From NCBI GenBank assembly GCA_041660165.1, contig JBAZWW010000001.1, positions 28,009-92,008 on the forward strand: 64,000 bases of DNA, written 5' to 3'. Under the pieces are notes generated by a model. That model ran no database searches. It was given only the letters and a program-made list of their open reading frames with translations, and was not told the origin of the DNA. Within the stretch, counting starts at the first letter, position 1, and every line of letters starts with the position of its first letter. The stretch comes from Patescibacteria group bacterium. Lineage in GTDB: Bacteria; Patescibacteriota; Patescibacteriia; UBA9934. Positions 1 through 9,996 of this stretch are shown in pieces. Position numbers and translations under genes: made by a program.

Positions 1-525
1 CAGGTCTTCTGTAGAAAAACCAAGCTGTTCCAGCGTCAACTGATGCGATTGGCTTGAGAGGAGGCGGAGCACGCCCTTTTCGCCCAGAGCATCAGGCAGG
101 ATGGAAACGCGGACGTCCACATCGCCAAGCGGGGAAGTGAATTTGAATCGGCCGTCTTGCGGGCCGTGGTGTTCATCCGTGCGCATGCGGGTGAGGATTT
201 TGATGCGGGCAATGAGCTGGGTGTGAAGTGCAATGTCCAGCGTGAAGACGTCATGAAGAAGGCCGTCAATGCGGATGCGGATGATGGCGTGATCTTTCCA
301 GGGTTCTAAGTGAACGTCAGAGGCGCGGGCAGCGTGCGCAAAGATCATGACGGTTTCAAAAAGTTTGATGGCTGCGTCAGACGCCGTACCCTTGGTGGCG
401 CGCTCAATCAGTAGTTCAACGTCCTTTTTGGTGGGGAGGCCCTTGGGTTCCATGGCTTTGGTTTTTGGTTCTGGTACTCTGGGCATTTCTTTTTTTGTTC
501 GGGGTGCCGGTTTTTTGGGTTCCAT
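1..525 (-). CDS. Type IV pilus assembly / GspE-PilB family ATPase, N-terminal part (runs off the left edge; absent from the ORF track)
   Basis: Manual translation from ATG at 525 gives ASDVHLEP...IRIRIDGLLHD...IARIKILTRMRTDEHHGPQDGRF...DVRVSILP...GEKGVLRLL, the typical PilB/GspE N2 motifs. Divergent from a pilin. Confidence 0.9.
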   Translation of the reverse strand, partial: MEPKKPAPRTKKEMPRVPEPKTKAMEPKGLPTKKDVELLIERATKGTASDAAIKLFETVMIFAHAARASDVHLEPWKDHAIIRIRIDGLLHDVFTLDIALHTQLIARIKILTRMRTDEHHGPQDGRFKFTSPLGDVDVRVSILPDALGEKGVLRLLSSQSHQLTLEQLGFSTEDL

Positions 526-662
526 ATGACCGCTATGATAGTTGATTGATCGTGTTCTTGCAGGGGGTGGGTGTGTATGGGGTTATACACCGCCCGGCCG
601 TTCCTTCACTCTTCATATGAAAGTTTCGGTTATACTACAGCTAACATTAAATATTTTTTCTT

Positions 663-1145
663 ATGAAAAGTAACAAAGGCAGTATAAAAGGGTTTACGCT
701 TATTGAGTTGTTGATTGTTATTGCTATCATCGTGGTGCTCGCGGCGGCGGTGTTCGTGGCTTTGAACCCGGCCAAGCGTTTTGCTGATGCTCGTGATTCG
801 CGCCGGTCAAGCGACGTAACGAACATTATCGCCGCTCTGAAGACATCCCAGGTGGACAGCGGTGGTACCTACATTGCTTCTGTTACAGCCATGACCGCGG
901 CCACGGCATACGTGATTGGTACGGATGCAACGGGCTGTAATACTGGTTGTACCGCCCAGACCACGGCAGCGGCTTGTGTAGACCTCACGGCCCTTCAAAC
1001 GGCAGGATATCTGGGAAGCATTCCTATGGATCCCACCAGCGGAGCCGCTACAAAGACAGACTACTATCTTATCAAAAATGCTTCCGGAACGCTCACGGCC
1101 GGTGCTTGTGATCCGGAGAATGCCCCTATCTCGCTTAGCCGATAA
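663..1145 (+). CDS. Type IV pilin with N-terminal methylation motif
   Basis: KG/FTLIELLIVIAIIVVLAA class III signal; ARDSRRSSDV; C-terminal cysteines. Confidence 0.93.
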   Translation: MKSNKGSIKGFTLIELLIVIAIIVVLAAAVFVALNPAKRFADARDSRRSSDVTNIIAALKTSQVDSGGTYIASVTAMTAATAYVIGTDATGCNTGCTAQTTAAACVDLTALQTAGYLGSIPMDPTSGAATKTDYYLIKNASGTLTAGACDPENAPISLSR

Positions 1146-1156
1146 TTTCTTCAGAG

Positions 1157-1192
1157 ATAAAAAGACGGGGCCTCATGGCTCCGTCTTTTTAT
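1157..1192 (+). terminator. Intrinsic terminator after the pilin (probably bidirectional)
   Basis: AAAAGACGGGGCC-TCAT-GGCTCCGTCTTTTT hairpin. Confidence 0.8.
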
Positions 1193-1214
1193 CTGTGTTA
1201 ACCTTGGCCTAACT

Positions 1215-3356
1215 ATGCGCGAATTTGTCCTTACGCCAACTCCGGGATCGGCACCAAAGATTGATTATAAGGGCGAGTTGAATGACGAGCAGTATGCGGT
1301 TGTTGAGAATGGCGATGGGCCGTGTTTGGTGCTCGCGGGTGCTGGTTCTGGCAAGACTCGGACTGTTACTTATCGAGTAGCCTGGTTGCTTGAGCATGGC
1401 GTTCCGCCGGATCGAATTCTTCTTTTAACCTTTACGAACAAGGCCGCGCGGGAGATGCTGACGCGCGTTGAGGCCTTGCTCAAAACATTTCCGCAGGGCT
1501 TGTGGACAGGAACATTCCACAGTATCTCTAACAGGCTTCTGCGCATGTACGGAGACAGAACGCCCTTTGGCCGGGACTTTTCGATTCTCGATGAAGAGGA
1601 CGCGAATGATCTGATGAAACTGTGCATCAAGGAGCGAAAGATTGCTGTTACCGGCGAGCGATTCCCGTCCGCTTCGGTGGTGCGATCAGTCGGTTCGTAC
1701 GCGATCAACGCAAGATTGAGCATCGCCGAGGTACTGCAGTCGCGTCATCCGGCCATCGAGATCTGGCAAGACGATATTGTGGCTGTTCTTTCGGCGTACG
1801 GAACTGCGAAGGTGCAACAGAAGGCGATGGACTTCGATGATCTCCTTGTGAAATTGCTCGAGCTCTTAAAAAGCGATGATGATTTACGGCAGAAACTCGG
1901 CAATAAATTTGCGTACGTGCTCGTGGACGAGTTTCAGGACACGAACGTGATCCAGGCTGAGCTGGTGGATTTACTGTCGGGCGTGAACCGGAACCTTTTA
2001 GTAGTTGGAGATGACGCGCAGAGCATTTACTCTTTTCGAGCGGCCGAGATCAAGAACATTCTCGACTTTCCAAAACACTACGAGGGAGCGCAGGTGTTCA
2101 GGCTAGTGGTGAACTATCGCTCGACGCCAGAGATCCTTGCGGTCGCGAATGCCGTCATTAAAAACAACACTGAACAGTTCTCGAAAGACCTGCAGGCGGT
2201 TGTTCCTTCGGGCGATAAGCCACTGATGGTGCCGGCGAGTGATGAACGGCAAGAGGCGCAGTACGTCATGCAACAAATTCTGCAGTTAATGGATGAGGAC
2301 GTGAAGCTCGGAAAGATTGCGGTGTTGTTTCGAGCCGCCTTTCACTCGCAGGCGCTTGAGTTTGAACTCATGCGCAACAACATTCCGTATGAGTATCGAG
2401 GCGGGCTGAAATTTTTCGAGCGCGCGCACGTGAAGGATGCCATTGCCCATTTGCGGATTCTTAGAAATGTAAAAGATGGGATGGCCTGGATGCGGGCCTT
2501 GCAAATCCAGCCGGGCATGGGACTTGCCACTGCGAACAAGACGGCTAACTTTGCTGGCGTCTCGGAAGATGCACAGAGTGCAATCGCGAGTTACCCGGCG
2601 CTTGGCGCCAAAGCTGCGCAAGGCTGGCGCAATACCGTCGAAATACTCGGCGCCATGCTGGTGGCTGGATCGCCAGCGCATACTCTGCGCGCGTTTTCAG
2701 CGAGTGATTCTTATAAAAAATATCTTGAGGCCGAGTATCCGAATGCGCGCGAACGAATCGAGGATCTCGAACAATTCGCCCTGTTCGCTGAACAGTATGA
2801 CAAGCTCGGCGACTTCCTCGATGCTGTAACTCTGACCGGCGACTTTGGCGTCAGGCTCGAAGATCCCGAGCAGACGGGGAGACGCACTGAACAGAATGAG
2901 GACAAGCTCATTCTCTCGACGATCCATCAAGCAAAGGGACTTGAGTGGGACAACGTCTTTATTATTCATCTGGCCGAGGGCGCCTTCCCGCACTCGCGTG
3001 CTTATGCGGAGGCGAACGGCCTGGCCGAAGAACGCCGGCTGTTTTACGTGGCGGCCACTCGCGCTCGTCAACGGCTGTACTTCACCTATCCGGTAACGAC
3101 TGGATTCGAGAACATCGAGATTCGTCAGCCGTCGCAATTCCTGGATGAGATTCCAAGGGAGCTTATAGAGGAAGTCCGTCTCCGAACCTCAATGCCTGCT
3201 TGGTCTGCCTACTCCAGCGCTTCCAGAGTTCCCGCCTATCGCAAACAGCATAATCCCTACGATGACGAGCCAACGATTGTCCTCGATGCCTCCGGCGAAC
3301 CAACGAATCCCAAGCAAATGCCAGCTAGTTTTTTGAGGAATATCGAAGACCTTTAA
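1215..3356 (+). CDS. pcrA: UvrD/PcrA-family ATP-dependent DNA helicase
   Basis: LAGAGSGKT, TFTNKAA, DEFQDTN, VGDDAQSIYSFR, NYRS, STIHQAKGLEW, EERRLFYVAATRA. Confidence 0.93.
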   Translation: MREFVLTPTPGSAPKIDYKGELNDEQYAVVENGDGPCLVLAGAGSGKTRTVTYRVAWLLEHGVPPDRILLLTFTNKAAREMLTRVEALLKTFPQGLWTGTFHSISNRLLRMYGDRTPFGRDFSILDEEDANDLMKLCIKERKIAVTGERFPSASVVRSVGSYAINARLSIAEVLQSRHPAIEIWQDDIVAVLSAYGTAKVQQKAMDFDDLLVKLLELLKSDDDLRQKLGNKFAYVLVDEFQDTNVIQAELVDLLSGVNRNLLVVGDDAQSIYSFRAAEIKNILDFPKHYEGAQVFRLVVNYRSTPEILAVANAVIKNNTEQFSKDLQAVVPSGDKPLMVPASDERQEAQYVMQQILQLMDEDVKLGKIAVLFRAAFHSQALEFELMRNNIPYEYRGGLKFFERAHVKDAIAHLRILRNVKDGMAWMRALQIQPGMGLATANKTANFAGVSEDAQSAIASYPALGAKAAQGWRNTVEILGAMLVAGSPAHTLRAFSASDSYKKYLEAEYPNARERIEDLEQFALFAEQYDKLGDFLDAVTLTGDFGVRLEDPEQTGRRTEQNEDKLILSTIHQAKGLEWDNVFIIHLAEGAFPHSRAYAEANGLAEERRLFYVAATRARQRLYFTYPVTTGFENIEIRQPSQFLDEIPRELIEEVRLRTSMPAWSAYSSASRVPAYRKQHNPYDDEPTIVLDASGEPTNPKQMPASFLRNIEDL

Positions 3357-3421
3357 GAGGAGAAGTGAGTCTTTTAAAAGGGGAGGAGAGGAGGAGATCC
3401 TTCTAAAGGAGAGGGCGAGTC

Positions 3422-3455
3422 AGACCCTGAGCGTAGGCGAAGGGTCTAGAGGTGG
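3422..3455. repeat. REP-like palindrome (AGACCCTGAG...GAAGGGTCT family)
   Basis: AGACCCTGAGCGTAGGCGAAGGGTCTAGAGGTGG; related copies at 14497, 15684, 23442 and 48951. Confidence 0.7.
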
Positions 3456-3740
3456 TTGCATTGGGCTGTTCGGTCTGGGGAGTATCTCGCTGTCATCGGC
3501 AAATTCTCGACTGTAAACCGTTGAGCTGTGTTAAACCCCGCGGGGCGCCTCGATGAGTTGAGAATAGAACGGAACTAACGCTTTTAGTGGCCTTGAGATA
3601 AAGATTTGATTTTCTGCAAACGGTCCTCCAGGTGTACACTTGCGGTACACCAACTCTGAGGGGTCATAATGAGCATATGGTTCCCCCTTTCGCACCGCAC
3701 TGAAACCCTTCTCATAATAAAAGAATCAGGTTCTTATACT

Positions 3741-3968
3741 ATGGACACTCTCTTTATTGGCATCAAAGAATTTCGTCAGAACATGGCAAAGGTCACTCAA
3801 GATGCTCTTGATAATAAAAGACGCATTATCATTCTCAGGAAAAACGAACCAATTTTCGAGCTCATCCCACTTTCCAAAAAGGAGCGCGAGTGTTGGGCAT
3901 TCGAAATAGACTACAAGGACGAAGGCCGTACTTCCTGGCTGAAACCTCACAAGCCCTCACTTCATTAA
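3741..3968 (+). CDS. Phd/YefM-like antitoxin, orphan
   Basis: IGIKEFRQNMAKV...IIILRKNEPIFELIP fits the Phd/YefM N-terminal fold. ATG at 3741 preferred. No toxin downstream. Confidence 0.65.
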   Translation: MDTLFIGIKEFRQNMAKVTQDALDNKRRIIILRKNEPIFELIPLSKKERECWAFEIDYKDEGRTSWLKPHKPSLH

Positions 3969-4082
3969 ATATATACAAGACTCTTATTATATTAGATACT
4001 TATATAATCTGTTTTTTTTCTTCACATTTCTTTCTCATTTTCCTTTCCCTTTCCCATTTCCCCTTTATATTAAAAGCTCACT

Positions 4083-5786
4083 TTACTCTTTCAGAATTAG
4101 CACCGAATATCCATCTTTATCGTACGTCTTGGTGAAATGGTCGGGCGTGAATAACTTCTTACTAATCGGCACAGTTATTTCCTCAATCCCATCAATAATT
4201 TTATTGACGTGAAAAATGAGATAGTAGTTTTCTCGATCGCCATAGAAAATAAACTGGTCAAGTTTTCCGTAGGGGCAATTCTTCACCTTGTTGTAGAGCT
4301 CGTCCGAGGTTTTCGAGTCCGCGAGCGATTGCACATACGTCATCCGCTCGGTGAAGATTGAGGCCGGGTGGTTGTTGTGCTCGTTAAAATAGATGAGGCC
4401 GTCGAGTGGCACGAAAGCTAGTACCTGCGGAACGGTGTGAAGCGTTAGTCTTGAGCTCGATCCTGGTGCGCTCTCAAGATACGCCACCAGCTCCTTCATC
4501 TGCTGGCCCGCTTCTCGCGAGATAGCTCGTTGCGCTTTGATATGCGGGTCGTCAATAAAAAAGCCAAAGATTGACTGCGAGGCAAAGTACAAGATGCCAA
4601 TGACAGCCAAAGTGAACGCGATATTGCGTCTCTCGTACTCGCCGAGTTTGAAATGGTGCCACAATCTTTCGATCCCGTACCCCGCCGAGATGGCCAGGAT
4701 TCCCGGTGCGAGCAGATAGAACCCGCGGAATTCTTGAAAGGGAGTCTTTAGAATGAGCAGATGAGCCATGGCCAAACCCCACCACAAAAAGGCCATGACA
4801 AACAGATAAAGCAACTGTTTGATGAACGTCTCGTTTCTATAATAGATAAGAACGGCCAGGCCGAAGAGCAACACTAGGCAGTTAATACTCGTTAGCTGAA
4901 ACATGGGCATCCACAGGTTTAAACCGTCCGGCGTAAAGTAGGCGGTTTGCCAGTTTTCCATACCGTGCCTGGCGTAGCTCACAGTGAGCGGGACAAGAAA
5001 CGGCGTACTGACAAGGATGGCCACGCCTGCCGTCTTAACGAGTGACATAAAGTACGCGACTCGTTTTCCTTTTTCCTCGAAAATTCCCATGAAGAACAGG
5101 GCCATGGTGGCAAAGATGAGCCACAGATAATACGTCATGAAAATGAGGCCCGCAATCACGCCGTAGACAATCGTCAATTTGTTCGACCATTTGCCTGTCG
5201 AGATCCTAATGGCCATGCTCGCATACCAGAAAATCGCAATCGCCCCCGTAATCACCTCGTAGGGCTTGCCGAAGAATAAATCTTTGTCGAGTACAGCAAT
5301 GAGCAAGAGTGGCGAGAGAAGCGTAAAAACTTTGCCGAGTACTTTTGGCTCTTCGCTCAACCCTTTCGTAAAATATTTTTGCGAGTAATACAGACCGATA
5401 GGGAAGACGAGCAGTGAAATAGTCGAAGCGAACTTGGAAATCATGACGCCGTTCCAGTCCATGGCTCGACCAACCAAACCAAAGATCCAAAAGAAAGCAG
5501 GCGGATAAAATGGAGGTAAAAGGTGATAATTGAAATCCGAAAACAGGCTAACGTGGGCAAACGTGTTGTACATGGCCGCAATGGTCAGTTCATCGCCCTG
5601 CAAGCCCCAAAAAGTGAGCGCCAGGTTGTTAACCAGGAAGTAATATGAGGCCGAGGAAATAACGCCGACGAGTACGAGAAAGTATGCCGGATGCAACCTT
5701 TTATGGAGCAGAAAAATGCTTGCGCCTATAAACACCAGGAGCAAAATCTTGATAATGAGATACATCTGGACATCAAAAAAATCCAT
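4083..5786 (-). CDS. GT-C integral membrane glycosyltransferase, arabinofuranosyltransferase AftA-like
   Basis: About 11-13 TM segments; LPPFYPPAFFWIFG, GLQGDE, KPYE and C-terminal HNNHPASIFTER resemble AftA motifs as I recall them. Confidence 0.7.
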   Translation of the reverse strand: MDFFDVQMYLIIKILLLVFIGASIFLLHKRLHPAYFLVLVGVISSASYYFLVNNLALTFWGLQGDELTIAAMYNTFAHVSLFSDFNYHLLPPFYPPAFFWIFGLVGRAMDWNGVMISKFASTISLLVFPIGLYYSQKYFTKGLSEEPKVLGKVFTLLSPLLLIAVLDKDLFFGKPYEVITGAIAIFWYASMAIRISTGKWSNKLTIVYGVIAGLIFMTYYLWLIFATMALFFMGIFEEKGKRVAYFMSLVKTAGVAILVSTPFLVPLTVSYARHGMENWQTAYFTPDGLNLWMPMFQLTSINCLVLLFGLAVLIYYRNETFIKQLLYLFVMAFLWWGLAMAHLLILKTPFQEFRGFYLLAPGILAISAGYGIERLWHHFKLGEYERRNIAFTLAVIGILYFASQSIFGFFIDDPHIKAQRAISREAGQQMKELVAYLESAPGSSSRLTLHTVPQVLAFVPLDGLIYFNEHNNHPASIFTERMTYVQSLADSKTSDELYNKVKNCPYGKLDQFIFYGDRENYYLIFHVNKIIDGIEEITVPISKKLFTPDHFTKTYDKDGYSVLILKE

Positions 5787-5787
5787 A

Positions 5788-6168
5788 TTAGTTTTCTTTG
5801 TACACCCAATGCTTGTAAAAGAGGAAATTCACGCACATGAGGAGACCGATGCTTGATACTCGAACAACTACATAATGAATACCGAGTACTTCGTGAAGGG
5901 CATACATGAGCGCGATTGACGCTAAATAGTTGCCCCCAACGAGCACGAGATAACGGCCGAGCTGTTTCGCATGCGCCGACTTCGACTCGAACGACCAGTA
6001 CTTATTTAGAAGGAAGTTGTAGGCCATGACCACCACCTGGTTCATGGCTACCGCCAGAAACGCTCGAACATGCGCCACTTCTTTTAAGAGTACGAGCAAA
6101 CCGATGTCGAGCAGGGCGGAACTTGCTCCTACAGCAAGAAATTTGAGGATCTGTTTTTTAGTACCCAT
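5788..6168 (-). CDS. GtrA family small membrane protein
   Basis: KFLAVG...YNFLLNKYWSF...NFLFYKHWVY, four TM helices. Confidence 0.88.
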   Translation of the reverse strand: MGTKKQILKFLAVGASSALLDIGLLVLLKEVAHVRAFLAVAMNQVVVMAYNFLLNKYWSFESKSAHAKQLGRYLVLVGGNYLASIALMYALHEVLGIHYVVVRVSSIGLLMCVNFLFYKHWVYKEN

Positions 6169-6211
6169 AAGCGGTTGGCATTTATTCTATCAGGTGTAAA
6201 CTATTCGCACT

Positions 6212-7369
6212 ATGGAAATTAAAAAGGACTACAACCAGCTTTCACTTTTGGCGCATAAAGAAAAGAGAGGAAAATGGGAGATTGCCTCAAAAATGCCCCT
6301 GGAAACTGTTGATGACCTGTCCATTGCGTACACACCTGGAGTGGCCGAGCCATGCCGGGCAATTGCCGCCAATCCCGAACTCGCTTACGAACTGACCATG
6401 AAAGGAAACTCCGTGGCGGTCGTGAGCGATGGCACCTCGGTCCTTGGTTTGGGCGACATTGGTCCGATGGCCGGTTTGCCGGTCATGGAGGGCAAGGCCG
6501 TTCTCTATAAGAAGTATTCCGGTATCGACGGCGTGCCGATTGTTCTTGCCTCTAAGGACGTCAACGATATTGTGCAGGCGGTGAAGATGATCGCGCCTAC
6601 CTTTGGCGGAATCCACCTTGAAGACATCGCCGCTCCCGCCTGCTTTGAGATCGAGCGCCGGTTGACCGAGGAGCTCGACATCCCCGTCATGCATGATGAT
6701 CAGCACTGCACCGCGATCGTGGTAGTTGCCGGTTTGTATAACGCCCTAAAAGTTGTTGGCAAAGATTTGTCGAGTGTTCGGATCGTGGTGAACGGTGCTG
6801 GCGCTGCTGGGATTGCCATCACCGGCTTGCTCATTGACGCTGGCGCGAAGAGCATTGACCTGCTCGATTCTGTCGGCATCATCGCGCTCGGCCGTGAAAA
6901 GATGAACTCCGAAAAGGATCGCCTCGCCAAAATCATCAATCCGAATGATAAGCGCGGAACGCTCGCTCAAGCACTCGCCGGAGCGGATGTGTTCATCGGC
7001 GTCAGCCGGCCCGGCCTCGTTACCCGCGACATGGTTGCGTCAATGAATTCTCGAGCAATTATTTTCGCCCTCGCCAATCCCACGCCAGAAATTATGCCGG
7101 AAGAAGCGCTGGCCGGTGGAGCTGAGGTGATTGCCACCGGACGCTCGGACTATCCCAATCAAGTGAACAATGTTTTGGTCTATCCGGGGCTTTTCCGGGG
7201 TCTCCTGGATGGCCGAGTTCGTCGTCTGACCTCGAAGATGAAATTAGCCGCTGCACAGGCCCTGGCTGATTCCGTGAAAACGCCAAAAAAACAGTGTATA
7301 CTACCTAGCATCTTGGAGGAGAACCCTGCAGAGTATATTAGGCACGCCATCCTTCAGGCAGTTGTATGA
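6212..7369 (+). CDS. NAD(P)-dependent malic enzyme
   Basis: [65 protein letters not shown]. Confidence 0.95.
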   Translation: MEIKKDYNQLSLLAHKEKRGKWEIASKMPLETVDDLSIAYTPGVAEPCRAIAANPELAYELTMKGNSVAVVSDGTSVLGLGDIGPMAGLPVMEGKAVLYKKYSGIDGVPIVLASKDVNDIVQAVKMIAPTFGGIHLEDIAAPACFEIERRLTEELDIPVMHDDQHCTAIVVVAGLYNALKVVGKDLSSVRIVVNGAGAAGIAITGLLIDAGAKSIDLLDSVGIIALGREKMNSEKDRLAKIINPNDKRGTLAQALAGADVFIGVSRPGLVTRDMVASMNSRAIIFALANPTPEIMPEEALAGGAEVIATGRSDYPNQVNNVLVYPGLFRGLLDGRVRRLTSKMKLAAAQALADSVKTPKKQCILPSILEENPAEYIRHAILQAVV

Positions 7370-7938
7370 CCCAACACGTTTATCGGCACACTCGCCGTAG
7401 ACGATCCCACTCATTCCTGCCGAGACTTGTCTCACTGTCGCTCTTTCTCGCCGTTGGCGCTGGTGTTTTTTATGGCTCAATGAATTGGTTCCGTTCGCAT
7501 GCTGGCACGACCGCAGAAATTGTGGCGAAATCTGCTGAAGTAAAAAATGCCATCGCTCCTGAACCAGTGTCCGCCGCTGAATTGACCCCTTCGCGCGCCA
7601 ACCTTGTCTCTGCCTTTGATGGGCAGACCACGGGGGCGGTGAATAGGATGCCGGGTACGCAAAGTACGGATTTTCACCTCCTGGCGTACCTGCCCGGTCT
7701 TGATGCCGGTACAGAATCCTACGCGGTTTGGCTTTTGAAGGATGGTTTAGCGGATGTGAAGCGGGTAGGGGCGCTCACGCCCCGCGCAGACGGCAGTTGG
7801 GTCATGGACTTTACGGCTGGCCCGCAAAATGGTATCTCTCTCCCTGAAACGTATCGGACGCTCGTCATCATGAAGGGCCCGAAAGAGAGCAAGACAGATA
7901 AGGTGCAAGGCACAAAAATGGCTGAAGCGAAGTTTTAG
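7366..7938 (+). CDS. Membrane-anchored protein with RskA (anti-sigma-K) C-terminal-like domain
   Basis: Single N-terminal TM; LPGLDAGTESYAVWLL...VGAL pattern. Confidence 0.5.
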   Translation: MTQHVYRHTRRRRSHSFLPRLVSLSLFLAVGAGVFYGSMNWFRSHAGTTAEIVAKSAEVKNAIAPEPVSAAELTPSRANLVSAFDGQTTGAVNRMPGTQSTDFHLLAYLPGLDAGTESYAVWLLKDGLADVKRVGALTPRADGSWVMDFTAGPQNGISLPETYRTLVIMKGPKESKTDKVQGTKMAEAKF

Positions 7939-7948
7939 AAAATTGCGT

Positions 7949-9214
7949 ATGAAAGTGACGGTCGTTGGCGCTGGCTGGGTAGGAATTATTTCCGCGGCTA
8001 CGCTTGCCCATTTTGGACACGAGGTTGTTCTGACGGACAATCGTGAAGAGAGGATCATCGCCCTAGCTAGGGGCGATTTGCCGTTTTTTGAGCCCGGGCT
8101 TGATGAACTTTTTCAAGCCGGAATTGCCTCGGGTAAAGTACGGGTTGTTAAAGCGGAGCCAGGCACTATGGCGGACGCTGACATTGTCCTCTGCTCAGTC
8201 GGCACCCCTCCGCTTCCGAACGGGGCGGCTGATCTCTCCGCCGTGTTTGAAGTCGCCCGTGATTTTGGCCGAGGCATTGAACGGTCGAGCGTGTTCGTTG
8301 TCCGATCAACGGTTCCGCCGGGCACCGGCAAGTTTTGCCAAGAAATGATTTCGGAAGAATTGCGGGTTCGGGGATCTTCGGTGGCTTTCTGTATCGGCTC
8401 AAACCCGGAATTCTTGGCTGAGGGAACGGCCATCAGAGACTCGCTTGAGCCTGAGCGAATTATCATCGGTTCGGAAAGCGAAGGGGGGGAGTCTGCCTTG
8501 AAAGAGTTGTACGCGCCACTCCTGGCCAATGGCGTACCGTTGTTATCAACGAATATTCCCACGAGCGAGCTGACAAAGTACGCCGCGAATGCCTTCCTCG
8601 CCACCAAAGTAAGCTTTATCAACGAAATCGCCAACTACGCAGAACTCGTCGGTGCTTCGGCACAGGACATTGCCAAGGGCATGGGCCTGGACAGCCGAAT
8701 CGGTCCGAAGTTTCTGCGCCCCGGCATTGGCTACGGCGGAAGCTGTTTGCCAAAAGACGTGCGGGCGCTGGTAGCCGCCGGCAAAGAAGCTGGCTATCGT
8801 TTTCAGATAATCCCCGAAGTTGACCGCGTGAACGTGGGCCAGCGCGTGCGCATGTATGAAGCATTCGCGGGCGCGCTCGGCAGTGTGCGCGGAAAACGGA
8901 TTGTGCTCTGGGGCGTGTCATACAAACCAGGCACTGATGACACGCGTGAATCACCGGCTTTGTATTTTATTGATCGCCTATTGCGCGAGGGGGCAACCGT
9001 CGTCACTTGTGATCCGAAGGTCGGCTTTAAGATCCGGGTGCAGTTTCCGCAGGTTGAGGTGGCGGTTGACGCCGAATCCTCGCTCAAGGGCGCGGATGCG
9101 CTGGCTCTCCTCACCGAATGGCCAGAGTTTTTGTCCTATACATTGTCTGAACTCCGTACGCGGGTGCGCGAGGGGATAGTCCTTGATGCTCGTGGTGTTT
9201 TGCAGAAGCGGTAG
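7949..9214 (+). CDS. ugd: UDP-glucose/GDP-mannose dehydrogenase
   Basis: VVGAGWVG, VGTP, RSTVPPGT, SNPEFLAEG, KYAANAFLATKVSFINE, GYGGSCLPKD, YKPGTDDTRESP. Confidence 0.93.
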   Translation: MKVTVVGAGWVGIISAATLAHFGHEVVLTDNREERIIALARGDLPFFEPGLDELFQAGIASGKVRVVKAEPGTMADADIVLCSVGTPPLPNGAADLSAVFEVARDFGRGIERSSVFVVRSTVPPGTGKFCQEMISEELRVRGSSVAFCIGSNPEFLAEGTAIRDSLEPERIIIGSESEGGESALKELYAPLLANGVPLLSTNIPTSELTKYAANAFLATKVSFINEIANYAELVGASAQDIAKGMGLDSRIGPKFLRPGIGYGGSCLPKDVRALVAAGKEAGYRFQIIPEVDRVNVGQRVRMYEAFAGALGSVRGKRIVLWGVSYKPGTDDTRESPALYFIDRLLREGATVVTCDPKVGFKIRVQFPQVEVAVDAESSLKGADALALLTEWPEFLSYTLSELRTRVREGIVLDARGVLQKR

Positions 9215-9243
9215 GGGGTGTTTTTGTGTTATAATTTCGGCGT

Positions 9244-9993
9244 ATGAATATATTCTCGTCCAAGACGGGAAGCTCTACGCAGAATGGGGACGCCACCGCG
9301 CGCATTCCGCTGACAGAGGAGGAGAAAGTGATGTGCCTGGCTGGAAACAGACCGCCCAAGATGAGTGATATCACTTGGCGGATTTTTCGGATTATGGCGG
9401 AGTTTGTGGAAGGGTTTCAATTCCTTTCTACCACCAAGCGAGAGGTCTCTATCTTTGGCAGTACCAGGATTCCCGTCGGTCATAGATGGTATGAAGAAGC
9501 GGTAAAGCTTGGCCGACTACTCGGTAAAGGCGGATTTACTGTGGTCACGGGCGGAGGCCCGGGCATCATGGAGGGAGCGAACAAGGGCGCGTTTGAAGTT
9601 GGCGCTATGTCTGTCGGCTTGAACATCCAGCTTCCTCGCGAACAACGGATTAATCCTTACGTCACTCACTCGCGCGCTTTTTATTATTTCTTTACGCGTA
9701 AAGTGATGCTGGCGGCTTCGGCCCAGGCCTACGTGTTTTTCCCCGGGGGCTTTGGCACTATGGATGAGTTATTCGAAATCTTGACCTTGATCCAAACGGG
9801 CAAGTCTGAAAAAGTGCCGGTAGTGTTGGTTGGCAAGGCCCATTGGGGTGGTCTGTGGGGCTGGATGAAGGACGAGATGTATGCCAAGATGGACGCCATT
9901 GATCGGGCGGACATGGATTTAGTCAAGATTGTGGATACCGCGGAAGAGGCGTACGCTATTGTCTCCAAGTCTTCTGAACGGAACTTCTTCTAA
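9244..9993 (+). CDS. LOG family (TIGR00730) nucleotide-binding protein
   Basis: TGGGPGIMEGANKGA, FFTRKVML, PGGFGTMDELFE. Confidence 0.92.
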   Translation: MNIFSSKTGSSTQNGDATARIPLTEEEKVMCLAGNRPPKMSDITWRIFRIMAEFVEGFQFLSTTKREVSIFGSTRIPVGHRWYEEAVKLGRLLGKGGFTVVTGGGPGIMEGANKGAFEVGAMSVGLNIQLPREQRINPYVTHSRAFYYFFTRKVMLAASAQAYVFFPGGFGTMDELFEILTLIQTGKSEKVPVVLVGKAHWGGLWGWMKDEMYAKMDAIDRADMDLVKIVDTAEEAYAIVSKSSERNFF

Positions 9994-9996
9994 GCT

